The notes: generated by a model not told the origin, from the sequence alone. DNA of 64,000 nucleotides from Eledone cirrhosa (GCA_964016885.1 OZ024740.1:160394001-160458000), one strand, 5' to 3'. Positions 1 to 12,932 are shown, counted from the stretch's first letter. Numbers and translations are program-made.

Positions 1-85
1 AGTGTTTGTACCAGAGTTTTCAAGTCGCTGGCTGGACTAAAAAGTAATAATCAGGAACTGATTATACAGAGCGGTTGCCGGTCAA

Positions 86-269
86 GCAGAAATTGAAAAT
101 TAGAATTGGTGCTCTGAAATACCGATATATAGTAAGTGAGATTGTCACTACTCTAAAACAATAGCGTAAGGTCTTCGAAATGCTTTTAATTAAGCATACA
201 GTGTATTACAAAATACACTATATATACATTCATATATATATCCCTATTACAGAGCACCAATTCTAATTT

Positions 270-270
<1 letters not shown>
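86..270 (+). mobile_element. Fragment of a small non-coding PLE-type repeat (same family as 4835-5305) with a short inverted 5' arm
   Basis: 132-270 matches 5172-5305. 86-121 (AAATTGAAAATTAGAATTGGTGCTCTGAAATA) is the reverse complement of the family's TATTTCAGAGCACCAATTCTAATTTTCAATTT segment. Followed by (TA)n. Confidence 0.65.
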
Positions 271-335
<65 letters not shown>

Positions 336-338
<3 letters not shown>

Positions 339-1610
339 GCCCAAGAGGAAGGAGCAGCCATTGGGGTTAGCATTGCAGGCGACATAGCTAACTTATTCAT
401 GGTATGGTGGGACAGTAGACTTAAACTTAAACTTAAAGAACAATTAGAAGCCCCCTTAACCCTGATAATGTACTCCCGCTACGTTGATGATATAAACCTC
501 GTAGTTAAGACACCCCCTCTAGAGAACAGTCAGGAACTAGAGAAAAACACAATGGAAAGCATCCAGCAAATAGCAAACTCCATCCACCAGAGCATTAGAG
601 TTACTATAGACTATCCAAGTAAACACCCCAACCATCGATTACCTGTACTAGACACAGAGCTCTGGTTAGATACCATTAAAAACAAAAAACAAATCCTCCA
701 TTCCCATTATGCCAAACCCATGACTTCCAAACATCTGATCCACCGAAACTCGGCCGTTTCGGATCATACCAAAATCAACATACTGATTGCGGATTTGGTA
801 CGGGTGATGAGAAACGTGTCCCGCATGTGCAACCCCGAAGAACTAGAGAGACACATACAACACTTCATCCACCGTATGCAGTTCTCTGGCTACAATCAGA
901 GAGATAAAATCAGAGTGTATAGAGGAGTCAGAACCAAATGGGAAAAAATGGTAAATAATGACATAAATGGGACCTGCCCCTTGTAGAGGAGCAAATTTTG
1001 GAATAGAATAGAAAGAACTAGGAACAAGGCTAATATAATAAACTCATCGTATGATAGCAATAAATACCAGAGTGTAATGTTCATCGATACAACCCCTAGA
1101 GGGGAATTAGCTTACAAATTTAGAAGGGCCCTAAACAAACATAAACTCAATATTAAGATAGTAGAAAGACCAGGTACCTCCGTAAAAACACTCATTAGCA
1201 AGACATACCCTTTTCAAAGACCCTCATGTATAGATAAGAAATGTATAACCTGTAAAATAAGCCCCCATATTAACTGCAAAACTAGAAATGTAGTGTATAG
1301 CATAAGATGTACTGAAGGACAATGTAGAGACAAAAATATAGTGTACATAGGTGAGACAGCTCGTAGTGTAGGAGAACGGATAAATGAACACTGGCGAGAC
1401 CTTCAAGATAGTAAAGAATCATCTGTACTCTACCAACATGCTAAAATAGAACACAAGGGTAAATTAGAGAACATAGAAATAAAAATAGAATCTACACACA
1501 GAAAAGACGCAATGTTTAGACAAATTACAGAGGCAATAAACATAAATGAATTACAACCAAAATTAAATAGAAAATATGAGTGGAACAGCAACATCACAAC
1601 TTACAATTAA
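336..1610 (+). pseudogene. PLE RT/GIY-YIG ORF remnant with one in-frame TAG (984-986)
   Basis: ORFs 399-986 and 1077-1610 are in the same frame and read PL*RSKFW across the stop (Tyr expected). Confidence 0.85.
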
Positions 1611-1811
1611 GGACAAAATGAAAACACACACACACATAGAACAAACAACCAACCAGTAACATGTAAATAAACAAATAAATAAATGAACACAAACACACAC
1701 AGACACCCGGATGGGGCGCATGCGCAGACTGAGCACACAACACACACACAGAAACAAAATGGCGTAGCACAGAACAAAGGAGATGCACCGAAACAAAGAA
1801 AGGAATCCCCA

Positions 1812-1854
1812 GTCACTGAAGAGGCCACAGAGTGTATGACGAAAGAACTTTGAC
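1812..1854 (+). ncRNA. Minimal type I hammerhead ribozyme in PLE 3' UTR
   Basis: GTCA-CTGAAGA-(imperfect stem II)-GAAA-GAAC-TT-TGAC; stem I GTCA/TGAC. Confidence 0.7.
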
Positions 1855-2063
1855 AATATATAAACAACAATCTGGTTGTGGAACCAACCAACCAACCATA
1901 AATTTATAAATTTATAAATTTATTATAAATTTATTATAATAAATTGAAGTGAAAGCAACTGGTGCGTGTGTTTCTTATTGGCAACATGACCCTCCCAAAG
2001 TATAACAATATCGGTTTCAACACACGATTTCAGATAAAGAATCTTGCTAAACAAATTCAGAAA

Positions 2064-2139
<76 letters not shown>

Positions 2140-2174
2140 ATATATATGTATATATCTATATCTATATATATATA

Positions 2175-2483
2175 GTGGTGATGAATTAGTTTTGCAAGGT
2201 TATTTTTTATATGAAATCGTGTGTCGAAACAAATATTGTTATACTTGGGGAGGGTCATATTTGTGTAATATTGCCAGAATTAATAAAAGAATACACTCAT
2301 TGTATGGTTGGTTTTCGCTTTTGACCGTCGGTCAGTCAATGGCAACGTTGAGGACCGAATAAGTTAGAATACCGATATAAAAGACACAGAAGCAAGAAGG
2401 GAAAACCAACCATACAGTGAGTGTGTTCTGTTATTAATTCTGGCAATATTACACAAATATGACCCTCCCCAAGTATAACAATA
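2175..2483. mobile_element. PLE 3'-end fragment (subfamily of 18857-19762) in inverted plus direct arrangement
   Basis: About 2232-2320 and 2397-2483 are reverse complements; sequence shared with 5897-6100 and 19611-19762. Confidence 0.7.
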
Positions 2484-2508
2484 TATATATATATATATAT
2501 ATATACGT

Positions 2509-2590
<82 letters not shown>

Positions 2591-2787
2591 ACATATATAT
2601 ATATATATATACATATATTTATATGTATATATATGTATATATATATATTTATATGTATATATATGTATACATATATATATTTATATGTATATATATATGT
2701 ATATATATGTATATATATATGTATATATATGTATATATATATATGTATATATATGTATATATATATATATTTATAAGTATATATATG

Positions 2788-2833
<46 letters not shown>

Positions 2834-3074
2834 AGATCAAAAGATTGTTAAAAGAGTTCCACGTATTTTATTATGCACATAATAAAATACATGGAACTCT
2901 TTTAGCCATCTTTTGATCTTATATATATTATTTATACTCCAGTCCTACAAGCTGTAGAGTGCTTCTCATCCGATATCTGCATTGCTTTATTGTAATACAA
3001 TAAAACTCACCTCCTACATATATATGTATATATATATATTTATATGTATATATATGTATATATATATATATATT

Positions 3075-3131
<57 letters not shown>

Positions 3132-3151
3132 ATATATTTATATGTATATAT

Positions 3152-3185
<34 letters not shown>

Positions 3186-3270
3186 ATGTATATATATTTA
3201 TATATATATATATATGTATATATATGTCTATATATATGTATATGTATATATATGTATATATATATGTATA

Positions 3271-3301
<31 letters not shown>

Positions 3302-3416
3302 GTATATATATATGTATATATATATATATGTATATATATGTGTATATATATATATATATATGTGTGTATATATATATATGTATATATATGTATATATGTA
3401 TATATATATGTATATA

Positions 3417-3449
<33 letters not shown>

Positions 3450-3450
3450 G
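2480..3450. repeat. (TA)n / TATG-interrupted microsatellite tracts
   Basis: Direct reading; source of spurious YIYI ORFs. Similar tracts occur throughout the window. Confidence 0.95.
2832..3017 (+). mobile_element. Fold-back fragment of the HHR-bearing family at 35562-36083
   Basis: Palindrome 2832-2921 centred on TGCACA; 3' part matches 36001-36083 (ends AATAAAACTCACCTCCTAC). Confidence 0.75.
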
Positions 3451-3596
3451 AATTATGTATTAATATTAATGTAATCTCTAAATGTGTACTGCCACACTAA
3501 ATGCTGTAATGAATGTTGACCCACAATATTTGCATATGTATCTGTATGTCTTTTGGGTGAAAAGGAGGTCATATAAGTGTTCATTCAATAATAAAT

Positions 3597-3643
3597 TGCT
3601 CCGAAGAATCCAAACCTCGGTTTGGAGGAAACAGTTGTAAGCA
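3597..3643 (+). ncRNA. Hammerhead-like motif with CCGAAGA core in a solo PLE terminal fragment (about 3460-3845)
   Basis: TGCT-CCGAAGA-A-TCCAAACC/GGTTTGGA-G-GAAA-CAGTTG-TA-AGCA; homologous to 45721-45769. Confidence 0.65.
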
Positions 3644-3894
3644 TAAAAATGTTTTGAACAGTTCTTTGATTCTTATAATTCATATAACTGCTCTGTAAAT
3701 TATCTGATGTTATTACATTGAGCTATTTAACTTACTGGTAATAAGGTAGTAATATTACTGCCTACCACTCTTTAGGGTTTATAAAAATATATATAACTGC
3801 ATAAGGTTTTTTTATTTGCATAACCATAAATAGTATAATTAATACTATGTATATATATATATTTATATGTATATATGTCTATATATATATATAT

Positions 3895-4148
3895 ATCACT
3901 TTGACCGACCAGTCTGTCGGGCTCCAATAGGCGCCGCTTGTTGCAGCACGTTGTGCTGTTTTAGCCATAAGATAACGCCATCCCACTGGCTGGGAGCGCA
4001 GGCCGGTACTCATTTCTACAGCTTAGTAAACTGGAGCAACGTGAAATAAAATATCTTGCTCAAGGAAACAACACATCACCCGGTCCGAGAATTGAACTCA
4101 CACCCTTTCGATTGCAAGCCCAATGCTCTAACCCCTAAGCCACGCGCC

Positions 4149-4150
<2 letters not shown>
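3895..4150 (-). mobile_element. tRNA-derived SINE (family 2 head)
   Basis: Minus strand has A box TGGCTTAGGGG, B box GTTCAATTC, then TTCCTTGAGCAAGA central domain. Confidence 0.75.
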
Positions 4151-4221
<71 letters not shown>

Positions 4222-4834
4222 GAAAAATGGCATGCTGCGTGTTGCAAATGGCATACATATGAATAAAATTAGTCCGTCATGAGTGATCTTCCAACCGTCA
4301 TTGGTATTTCTTCGCATTTAAGATCATATACCTCTGGCTGGTGCGAGCAATAACTAAAAAAAGTTGTTGGGTCACATAAAATAGGGTGAAGCGAGCGAGA
4401 CATGTAAACAAACAGAGATGGTAATGCAACAGAAAGAGAGAAAGAGGAGAAACAAGTCCGTGATATCTGTGAACTTAAGTTCGATCAAATCATAGACGAG
4501 GAGAGATACAGACCGTCCGAGCTGAGTGAGATGTAAGCGAGAAAAGGATTTCACACAGGTCAACCGGGAGGAAGTAAGATGAGGGGGGGAGTAGCAGAGA
4601 GTGAGTGAGTGAAAGTGTGAGGAAGAGGCCAGCTGAGAGAGTGACTGGCAGGGGGATAAAATGAAGGTGAGAGATACAGAGAAAGGAGAAGCAGTAAGAA
4701 AGAAACAGACAGGTCATAGCGGAGGGAAAATATATAAATATATATATGCAAAATGGTGTGCTGCGTGTTGCAAATGAATTCCATTTGCAACACGCAGCAC
4801 GCTATTTACCCCCGCCCCCTGCCAGTCACTTTCT

Positions 4835-5305
4835 CTCAGCACTCCTCCTGTCTGCTGAAAATTATAAGTACCAACAAGTACGAAATTCTGTCAGCTTATC
4901 TCCCTTTGTTTGCTGAAAATAGAAGTAAGTGTCATTGTCACTACTTTAAAACAATAGCGTAAGGTCAACAAAATGCTTTTAATTAAGCATACAGTGTATT
5001 GCAAAATACACTATATATACATTCATATATATATCGTTATTTCAGAGCACCAATTCTAATTTTCAATTTTTGCTGGTTCAGCAGACAGGAGGAGTGCTGA
5101 GCTTTGATAAGTACCAACAAGTACGAAACAGAGCTCTGTCAGCTTATCTCCCCTTGTTTGCTGAAAATAGAAGTAAGTGACATTTTCACTACTTTAAAAC
5201 AATAGCGTAAGGTCTTCAAAATGCTTTTAATTAAGCATGCAGTGTATTGCAAAATACACTATATATACATTCATATATATATCACTATTTCAGAGCACCA
5301 ATTCT
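4835..5305 (+). mobile_element. About 240-bp tandem dimer of a non-coding HHR-bearing repeat with a 25-bp inverted 5' arm
   Basis: 4864-5070 is repeated at 5107-5305; 4835-4859 is the reverse complement of 5077-5101. Confidence 0.8.
5098..5146 (+). ncRNA. Type I hammerhead ribozyme, U3-A8 core variant
   Basis: TGAGCT-TTGATAA-GTAC(CAACAA)GTAC-GAAA-CAGAGCTCTG-TC-AGCTTA; GUC cleavage triplet; palindromic stem III. Confidence 0.8.
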
Positions 5306-5324
5306 ATATATATATATGTATATC

Positions 5325-5664
5325 ATTTCATTCATTTCATTTTACGCCCGCTTTTTCCCTGCTTGCAAGGGTGGGACGGGAACTGATTCTGGCTTGATTT
5401 CTACAGCTGGATGCCCTTACTAACACCAACCTCATTTACAGTGAGTGCTGGGTGCTTTTTTGTCGTGGCACCTCCACGACCACTTTGCAGTGGAATGATA
5501 TGGACCCCAGTCCCTATCATCTCATTTCTACAGCTGAGTAAACTGGAGCAATGTGAAATAAAGTGTCTTGCTCAAGAAAACAACACATCACCTGGTCTGA
5601 GAATTGAACTCACAACCTTTCGATTGCAAGGCCAATGCTCTAACCACTAAGCCATGTGCCTCCA
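5325..5664 (-). mobile_element. tRNA-derived SINE family 2 with RTE-derived 3' end
   Basis: Reverse-complement copy of 55614-55996 with an internal deletion. Confidence 0.85.
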
Positions 5665-5896
5665 TTATATATATGTATATGTATATGTATATATATGTAT
5701 ATGTATATATATGTATATATAGGTATATGTATATATATGTATATATGTATATGTATAAATATATGTATATATATGTATATGTATAAATATATGTATATGT
5801 ATATATATGTATATGTATATATATATGTATATGTATATATATATGTATATATATATGTATATATGTATATGTATATATATATGTATATATATATAT

Positions 5897-6225
5897 TTGT
5901 TTTGCGAGGTTTTTTTATATGAAATCGTGTGTCGAAACAATTATGGTTATAGTTGGGGAGGGTCATATTGTTGTAATAATATTGCCAGAAATAATAACAG
6001 ATCATACTCACTGTTTGGTTGGTTTTCGCTTCTGTGTCTTTAATACCTCCACAGTTAATTCATTCGGTCCTCAATGTTTATCATTGAATGACCATCGGTC
6101 AAAAATACAGATATAATATAGTTATAAATTCATATATATAGTCTAACAAAGTTCTTTCGTTGCACATCTGCAACATCATTAGTGGTACTATTGTGTTCCT
6201 CCTGCTGTGTTGTATGTCTACGCCA

Positions 6226-6230
<5 letters not shown>
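5897..6230 (-). mobile_element. PLE 3'-end fragment with degenerate HHR (CTAATGA core, about 6146-6188)
   Basis: Reverse complement of the 19330-19762 family; stem II GTTGCA/TGCAAC and GAAAGAACTT are retained. Confidence 0.7.
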
Positions 6231-6301
<71 letters not shown>

Positions 6302-6329
6302 TATATGTGTGTGTGTGTGTATATATGTA

Positions 6330-6945
6330 TATCATCATCGTTTAACGTCTATCTTCCACGCTAGCATGGGTTTAGACGGGAATTGTCCCACTTGAGTCAA
6401 GATTGGTCATCTCACTCGTATGGGGCTGTCTGGCATATTTTCTACGGCTGGATGCCCTTCCTAACACCAACCACGTTTACAGAGTGGACTGGGAGGTTAT
6501 TACCATGTTACCGACACGGCCACATTACAGCGTGGACTGTGTGTTTTTTTGTCGAGACAACTACACAACCTCATGTATTTAGGACTGAATGTTGTGGTAC
6601 CAATTTAACTTTACAGAGAAAGGGGTGGTGTTGATGGGGGTGGTGTGGAGGAGTTGGGTATTGGGATGGGGGTGTATTTTTGATTAAGAGGTGACTGCTG
6701 ACTGTTGGTTTCGCTTTGTACTTAGGAAAGGTGGGTTTTCTGTATTACTGCGTAACGCCAAAGGTCTCGGTCCAGTGACATTGTCTTAGAGAGGTGTATG
6801 TGTGTAAGGTCGGAATTTATCAAATCATCTCAGGTTTTTCTGGCTCTGCCTATTCCGTAACTTCCGTCAATTTTGATCGCACTGCACTTTTTATACAGCT
6901 GTTGTCTTTCATGCGGATCACGTGACCATACCAACGTAGTCTTCT
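6330..6945 (-). mobile_element. RTE LINE 3' fragment
   Basis: Minus strand encodes ...[20 protein letters not shown]; has AGGAAGGGCATCCAG 3' UTR motif and (GAT)n tail; related to 10890-11325. Confidence 0.75.
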
Positions 6946-7136
6946 CTATATATATGTATATATATGTATATATGTATTTATATGTATATATGTATATATA
7001 TGTATATGTATATATATCTATATATGTATACGTATATATATGTATATGTATATCTAAGTATATATATATATATGTATATGTATATATATGTATATGTATA
7101 TATATATATATGTATATATATGTATATGTATATATG

Positions 7137-7182
<46 letters not shown>

Positions 7183-7191
<9 letters not shown>

Positions 7192-10100
7192 TCTCGCCCT
7201 TACTAGCCCCAACAAAACCTGCCATTTTTACCACTACTGTCCTAGCCCTGAATTCTCTTACCGTTATGTATGGATAAGCTGAGGATAAACGGGGAAACCC
7301 GAATTGATAAATGAATGAACATGAATCCGTGAGTTATCAAGCACCCATGCAAAGCTTTAATTCAGAGACAGGAAGCATACACACACCAACGCAAAAATGT
7401 GCTGTTTCCCTCGAATTTTACCAAATGCCCAAAACTCCGAGTTGGAACCATCAATGTAAGCACAATGAAAGGAAGAGCAGAAGAAATCATAGAGATGCTA
7501 GAGCAAATGGAAATTGATGTATGCTGTGTGCAAGAGACTAGATGGAGAGGAGAGTGCGCTAGGGTCCTTGTAGGCAAAGTCAGTGCTACAAATTTTTCTG
7601 GGTGGGCAAAACTCAGTGCTACAAATGACAATGGGATGGGTGGTGTAGTTATCGTACTAGCTACCAAATGGGTAGATAAGGTAATCTCAGTGAACAGGGT
7701 GAATGCAAGAATCATTAAACTCAGACTAGTCCTGAATAAAACAATTACCACAATAATATCAGCTTATGCACCCCAATCGGGGTTTGCCAGACGAACTTAA
7801 GGATAGGTTTTACGAGTCCCTAATGCACACTACTGCTCTAACAAATGACAATGACTTCCTAGTCATTGCAGCAGATTTTAACGGACACGTATGTAAACAC
7901 CATGACGCCTTCTATAGAGTCCATGGAGGCAACGGGTTTGGCACAAGAAATGAAGAAGGCTTCAGGCTTCTAGAATTCTGCGACACCAATGACATGTCGA
8001 TATGTAACACAAACTTCAAAAAACCCGACAACCACCTGATCACCTATAGATCAGGGGAGCATTCTAGTCAGATAGATTTTATCCTCATCAGGGGACATGA
8101 TAGATGGACGGTCGTAAACACAAAAGCCTTCCCAGGTGAGGAATGTCCCTCCAAACATAACATAGTTATCAGCAACCTCATTGTCAAAACTAGATGAACT
8201 TGGAAACAGAAGGCAACCTGGAGAAGAAAGATCTGGAAGCTGAAAGACCCCTCAGCCAGTAACAGATTTAAAGATATTTTACTCGATGCCTATGACAGTA
8301 AAGAACAACAGATACAGACATTCAATGTAGAAGAGCACGGAGAGTTCCTAAAAAATAACTTACTAAAGGCGACGGATGAGATCTGTGGCTGCAGTAAGAC
8401 CACAGGCAGGAGGAGAGTGACTTGGTGGTGGAACAATAAGGTAGATGAGGCAGTTAAGGCTAAGAGACAGGTATGGAAAGAACGGAAGAATTGGGGAAGC
8501 AGGGTACATTACATAGAGACCAGGAGGGAAACTAGGCGACAAGTATACTTAGCTGGAAAGGAAGCGGAGGATGGAAAATTCAAGCATGTCTTGCAGCATG
8601 AAGACCAGAAACATGAGGTGTTCAAGATTGCGAGGCAGTGTGTCAGAGACAATTGTGATGTCATTGGAGAGAAGTGTATCCGGAATGATAAAGGTGAGAA
8701 GAAAGATGCATGGAAGAGCCATTATGAAACATTACTAAATGAGGAGAATGCATGGGAAGAAATGACCCCAAGTAGACCCTATAGAGGGGCCAGCAGTACA
8801 AGTCAGCAACAGCGTAGTAAGTAAAGCAATCAAAGATATGAAGGTAACCTGTCCATCGGGTATAGCTGTCGAGATGCTGAAGACATCTGGATCGGTAGGT
8901 CATACCATAACCACACGTATTGTTAACCATGTAATACTAGGTGTCATACCAAAGGATTGGTGCAGCAGCATCATTGTCAACTGCTACAAGGGTAAAGGTG
9001 GTGCACTTGATCGGGGTATGAATCTGATGGACCAGGTCATGAAAGTAACAGAAAGAGTTATAGCACAGTTGATTAGGGACTGGGTGAAACTAGATGAGAT
9101 GCAATTTGACAGAGTTCCCCGTGCTATAATCTGGTGGGCTCTTAGAAAACTAGTAGTAGATGAATGGCTTGTGAAAGCTATACAAGCCATGTATAGAGGA
9201 GCAGTCAGCAAAGTTAGGATTAGCAATGACTATAGCGAGGAATTTAGCATACAGGTCGGTGTCCACCAGGGCTCTGTTCTTAGCCCTCTCCTGTTCATCA
9301 TTGTTTTGTAGGCAATGACGGTAAAGTTTAGGACCAGATGCCCATGGGAACTCCTGTATGCTGATGACCTCGCACTTATAGCTTATTCCATGCTAGAGAA
9401 GAAATTCCAAACATGGAAGCAGGGACTAGAAAGAAAGGGTCTCAAAGTCAATTCTCAAACTCCATTCTCTGCCCCAAATGCAAACAATGCGTACACAAGA
9501 GATGTAGCGGGATCTCAGGAAGCTTAACTAAGAATATAGGCTTCACATATAGCAGCTGTGCTGGGACAGCAAGCAGCAAACAGCCACAGAAAACAAGTAC
9601 CACCAATCTCTGGGAGGGCTCTGTAGAAACAGTAGACAGCTTCTGCTACCTAGGTGACCAAATTAGCAGCAGAGGTGGGTGTTCAGAAAGTACAATAACT
9701 AGGGTAAGAACGGGATGGAAGAAGTTCAGGGAACTACTGCCACTGCTAGCTGCAAAAGGCTTTTCCCTCAAAATGAAAGGCAGACTGTATGATGCGTGTA
9801 TACGAACAGCAATGTTACATGGAAGTGAGACCTGGGTGCTGTCTGTAGAAGACTTGCATAGATTAGAAAGAAATGAAGCCTGCATGCCCCGATGGATGTG
9901 TAATAGTAATATACGTGAACGGCAAAGCATAAACGAATTGAGAGAGAGAATGAGCATAAGAGGAATCAAATGCTGAGTGCAGGAGAGGAGGTTGCTTTGG
10001 TATGGACATGTGATGCGTATGAAGCATGACAGCTGCAAAAAAGTGCAGAGCACTAGAAGTTCATGGAAGCCGCGAGGTGGGGAGGGGAGACCCAAGAAGT

Positions 10101-10537
10101 CCTGGGATGAGGTGATAAAAACCAACATTACCCAATTACACCTTTCAAAGGCGATGACACACGACCGTCACCTCTGGCGTCACACAGTAATACAGAAGAC
10201 CCGACCCCCCACGGGTACAAGCCGAAGCTGAAGCATATAGACAACATGCCCCCACCCCTTCCACGGCAAAGTGGTCGTGGAGGTGCCACGGCAAAAAAGC
10301 ACCCAGCCTACACTGTAAAGTGGACGTGTAGGCGTCACGGAAAAAAGCACCCAGCACTCACTGTAAATGAGGTCGGTGTTAGGAAGGGCATCCAGCTGTA
10401 GAAATAAAGCCAGAATCAGTTCCCGTATGCACAAGACATTGTCAGCCAACTGGCTACTGCCGACAACAGGACAACCCGTCTAACCCATGCTAGCGTGGAA
10501 GAACGGACGTAAAACGGTGATGATGATGATGATGATG
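7183..10537 (+). mobile_element. Degraded near-full-length RTE-clade LINE (family A)
   Basis: Frameshifted APE endonuclease (GTINV, VQETRW, ADFNGH, SQIDF) and RT ([16 protein letters not shown]) pieces; (GAT)n tail. Confidence 0.93.
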
Positions 10538-10701
10538 ATATATATATGTTTTTCACCGCTCCAATAATGACGTATTATATTCGTTTTTTCCCGTTCTTTG
10601 CCAGGGAACGTTTCCACGAACCAAAGTATCGTCTTCCTGTCTTCCTCCGGTTGCAACGTTTTTTGAAATATTCACTTCTGCGTTTACAGATTGACTTTGT
10701 T

Positions 10702-10752
10702 AGTTTCAGAAGATCCCGTTGAGGGTGAAAGCAGCGATTCTTTGCTTAAACT
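10702..10752 (+). ncRNA. Hammerhead-like motif with CAGAAGA core, in a repeat fragment (10545-10770)
   Basis: AGTTT-CAGAAGA-TCCC(GTTGA)GGGT-GAAA-GCA...TGC-TT-AAACT; copies at 18765-18815 and 46153-46203. Confidence 0.55.
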
Positions 10753-10763
10753 TTAATCTGTTA

Positions 10764-10832
<69 letters not shown>

Positions 10833-10889
10833 GTCCATATATATATGTATATATATACATGTATATATATATATACATATATACACATG

Positions 10890-11322
10890 TGATATGTATG
10901 AAGGATGACAGCTGTATAAAAAAGTGCAGAGCAATGAAAATTGATGGAAGCTATGGAATGAGTAGAACAAGAAAAACCTGGGATGAGGTGATAAAAACTG
11001 ACCTTGCTCACTTACACCTCTCTAAGACAATGTCACTGGATCAAGATCTTTGGCACCATGCAGTTGTACAGAAGACCACCTTCCCTTGCATACAAACCTA
11101 CAGTCAGCAGGCACCGCTTAACTCAATATACACCTCATACCACACACTCTACCCCATCCTTCCGTTTCCGTCCACTGTGTCGGTGACACAACAAAAAGCA
11201 CTCAGTCCACACTGTAAAGAGTTTGTGTAGGAGACGTGTAAAAAGGGTCACAGTTTACACTGTAAAAGTAGTTGGTATTAGGAAGGACATCCAGCTGTAG
11301 AAAACCTACCAGAGACACTTCC

Positions 11323-11325
<3 letters not shown>
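10890..11325 (+). mobile_element. RTE LINE 3' fragment
   Basis: HVICMKDDSCIKKCR...RKTWDEVIK C-terminal motif plus 3' UTR motif. Confidence 0.8.
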
Positions 11326-11374
<49 letters not shown>

Positions 11375-11394
11375 GTATATATACATATATATAT

Positions 11395-11452
11395 ATGTAA
11401 GTATGCATGTATACGTACATACATATATGTATACAGACGCACAGTAGCATGC

Positions 11453-11483
<31 letters not shown>

Positions 11484-11783
11484 TACACATATACATACAT
11501 ATGCATACAGGTACACATACATATATGCACGTATCAGTTTAGCGGCGCTAACGTCGCTTTGTTCGTTTGTAAACAAACTGAACAGCCTGAATTTATGCCA
11601 TACGGTGTTAAGGCAACCACGTCACCTTTTTGTTCAACACTGACACAGGAACGATGTACTAGTTTCAAGCTTGTTAGCTATCATCCGCACCGTTTACCCA
11701 TCTGCCAGATAGTTGAACGTTCGAAAGCATATACTTTCCTTATGAAAATTAACGGCTGAGCAGCCTAATTTGCATATTGAGTG
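11395..11783 (-). repeat. Inverted partial copy of the array unit; HHR core mutated to CGGATGA (11650-11694)
   Basis: Reverse complement of 12162-12552. Confidence 0.9.
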
Positions 11784-11966
11784 CTAACAGGCTTGAAACT
11801 AGTACATCGTTCCTGTGTCAGTGTTGAACAAAAAGGTGACGTGGTTGCCTTAACACCGTATGGCATAAGTTCAGGCTGTTCGGTTTGTTTACAAACGAAC
11901 AAAGCGACGTTAGCGCCGCTAAACTGATACGTGCATATATGTATGTGTGCCTGTATGCATATGTGT

Positions 11967-12014
<48 letters not shown>

Positions 12015-12932
12015 ATGCTGCTGTGCGTCTGTGTACATGTGTGTATGTACGTATACATGCATACTTACATTTAAGTAAGTGCCATACTAAGAGTGAGAAG
12101 TGAAATTTCGTTTTCATTTTGTTTCAATTTATCGTTTTCGGTATGCCTAACCGATTTAACTCACTCAATATGCAAATTAGGCTGCTCAGCCGTTAATTTT
12201 CATAAGGAAAGTATATGCTTTCGAACGTTCAACTATCTGGCAGATGGGTAAACGGTGCTGATGATAGCTAACAAGCTTGAAACTAGTACATCGTTCCTGT
12301 GTCAGTGTTGAACAAAAAGGTGACGTGGTTGCCTTAACACCGTATGGCATAAATTCAGGCTGTTCAGTTTGTTTACAAACGAACAAAGCGACGTTAGCGC
12401 CGCTAAACTGATACGTGCATATATGTATGTGTACCTGTATGCATATGTATGTATATGTGTATGTATATATATATATATATATATGTATATATGTGCATGC
12501 TACTGTGCGTCTGTATACATATATGTATGTACGTATACATGCATACTTACATTTAAGTAAGTGCCATACTAAGAGTGAGAAATGAAATTTCGTTTTCATT
12601 TTGTTTCAATTTATCGTTTTCGGTATGCCTAACCGATTTAACTCACTCAATATGCAAATTAGGCTGCTCAGCCGTTAATTTTCATAAGGAAAGTATATAC
12701 TTTCGAACGTTCAACTATCTGGCAGATGGGTAAACGGTGCTGATGATAGCTAACAGGCTTGAAACTAGTACATCGTTCCTGTGTCAGTGTTGAACAAAAA
12801 GGTGACGTGGTTGCCTTAACACCGTATGGCATAAGTTCAGGCTGTTCGGTTTGTTTACAAACGAACAAAGCGACGTTAGCGCCGCTAAACTGATACGTGC
12901 ATATATGTATGTGTGCCTGTATGCATATGTGT

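Larger units (their letters stand above)
333..2066 (+). mobile_element. 5'-truncated Penelope-like element (Naiad-type RT + GIY-YIG) inserted in (TA)n
   Basis: RT motifs GAAIGVSIAGDIANLFMVWWD and YSRYVDD; GIY-YIG region NVVYSIRC...YIGETARSVGERINEH; 3' UTR with HHR; (TA)n on both sides. Clade is inferred from motif style. Confidence 0.9.

Noticed and set aside
336-1610. Selenoprotein-type Naiad recoding
   Set aside because: The interrupting stop is TAG at an expected Tyr, not TGA at a Cys, and is not evident in the second copy.
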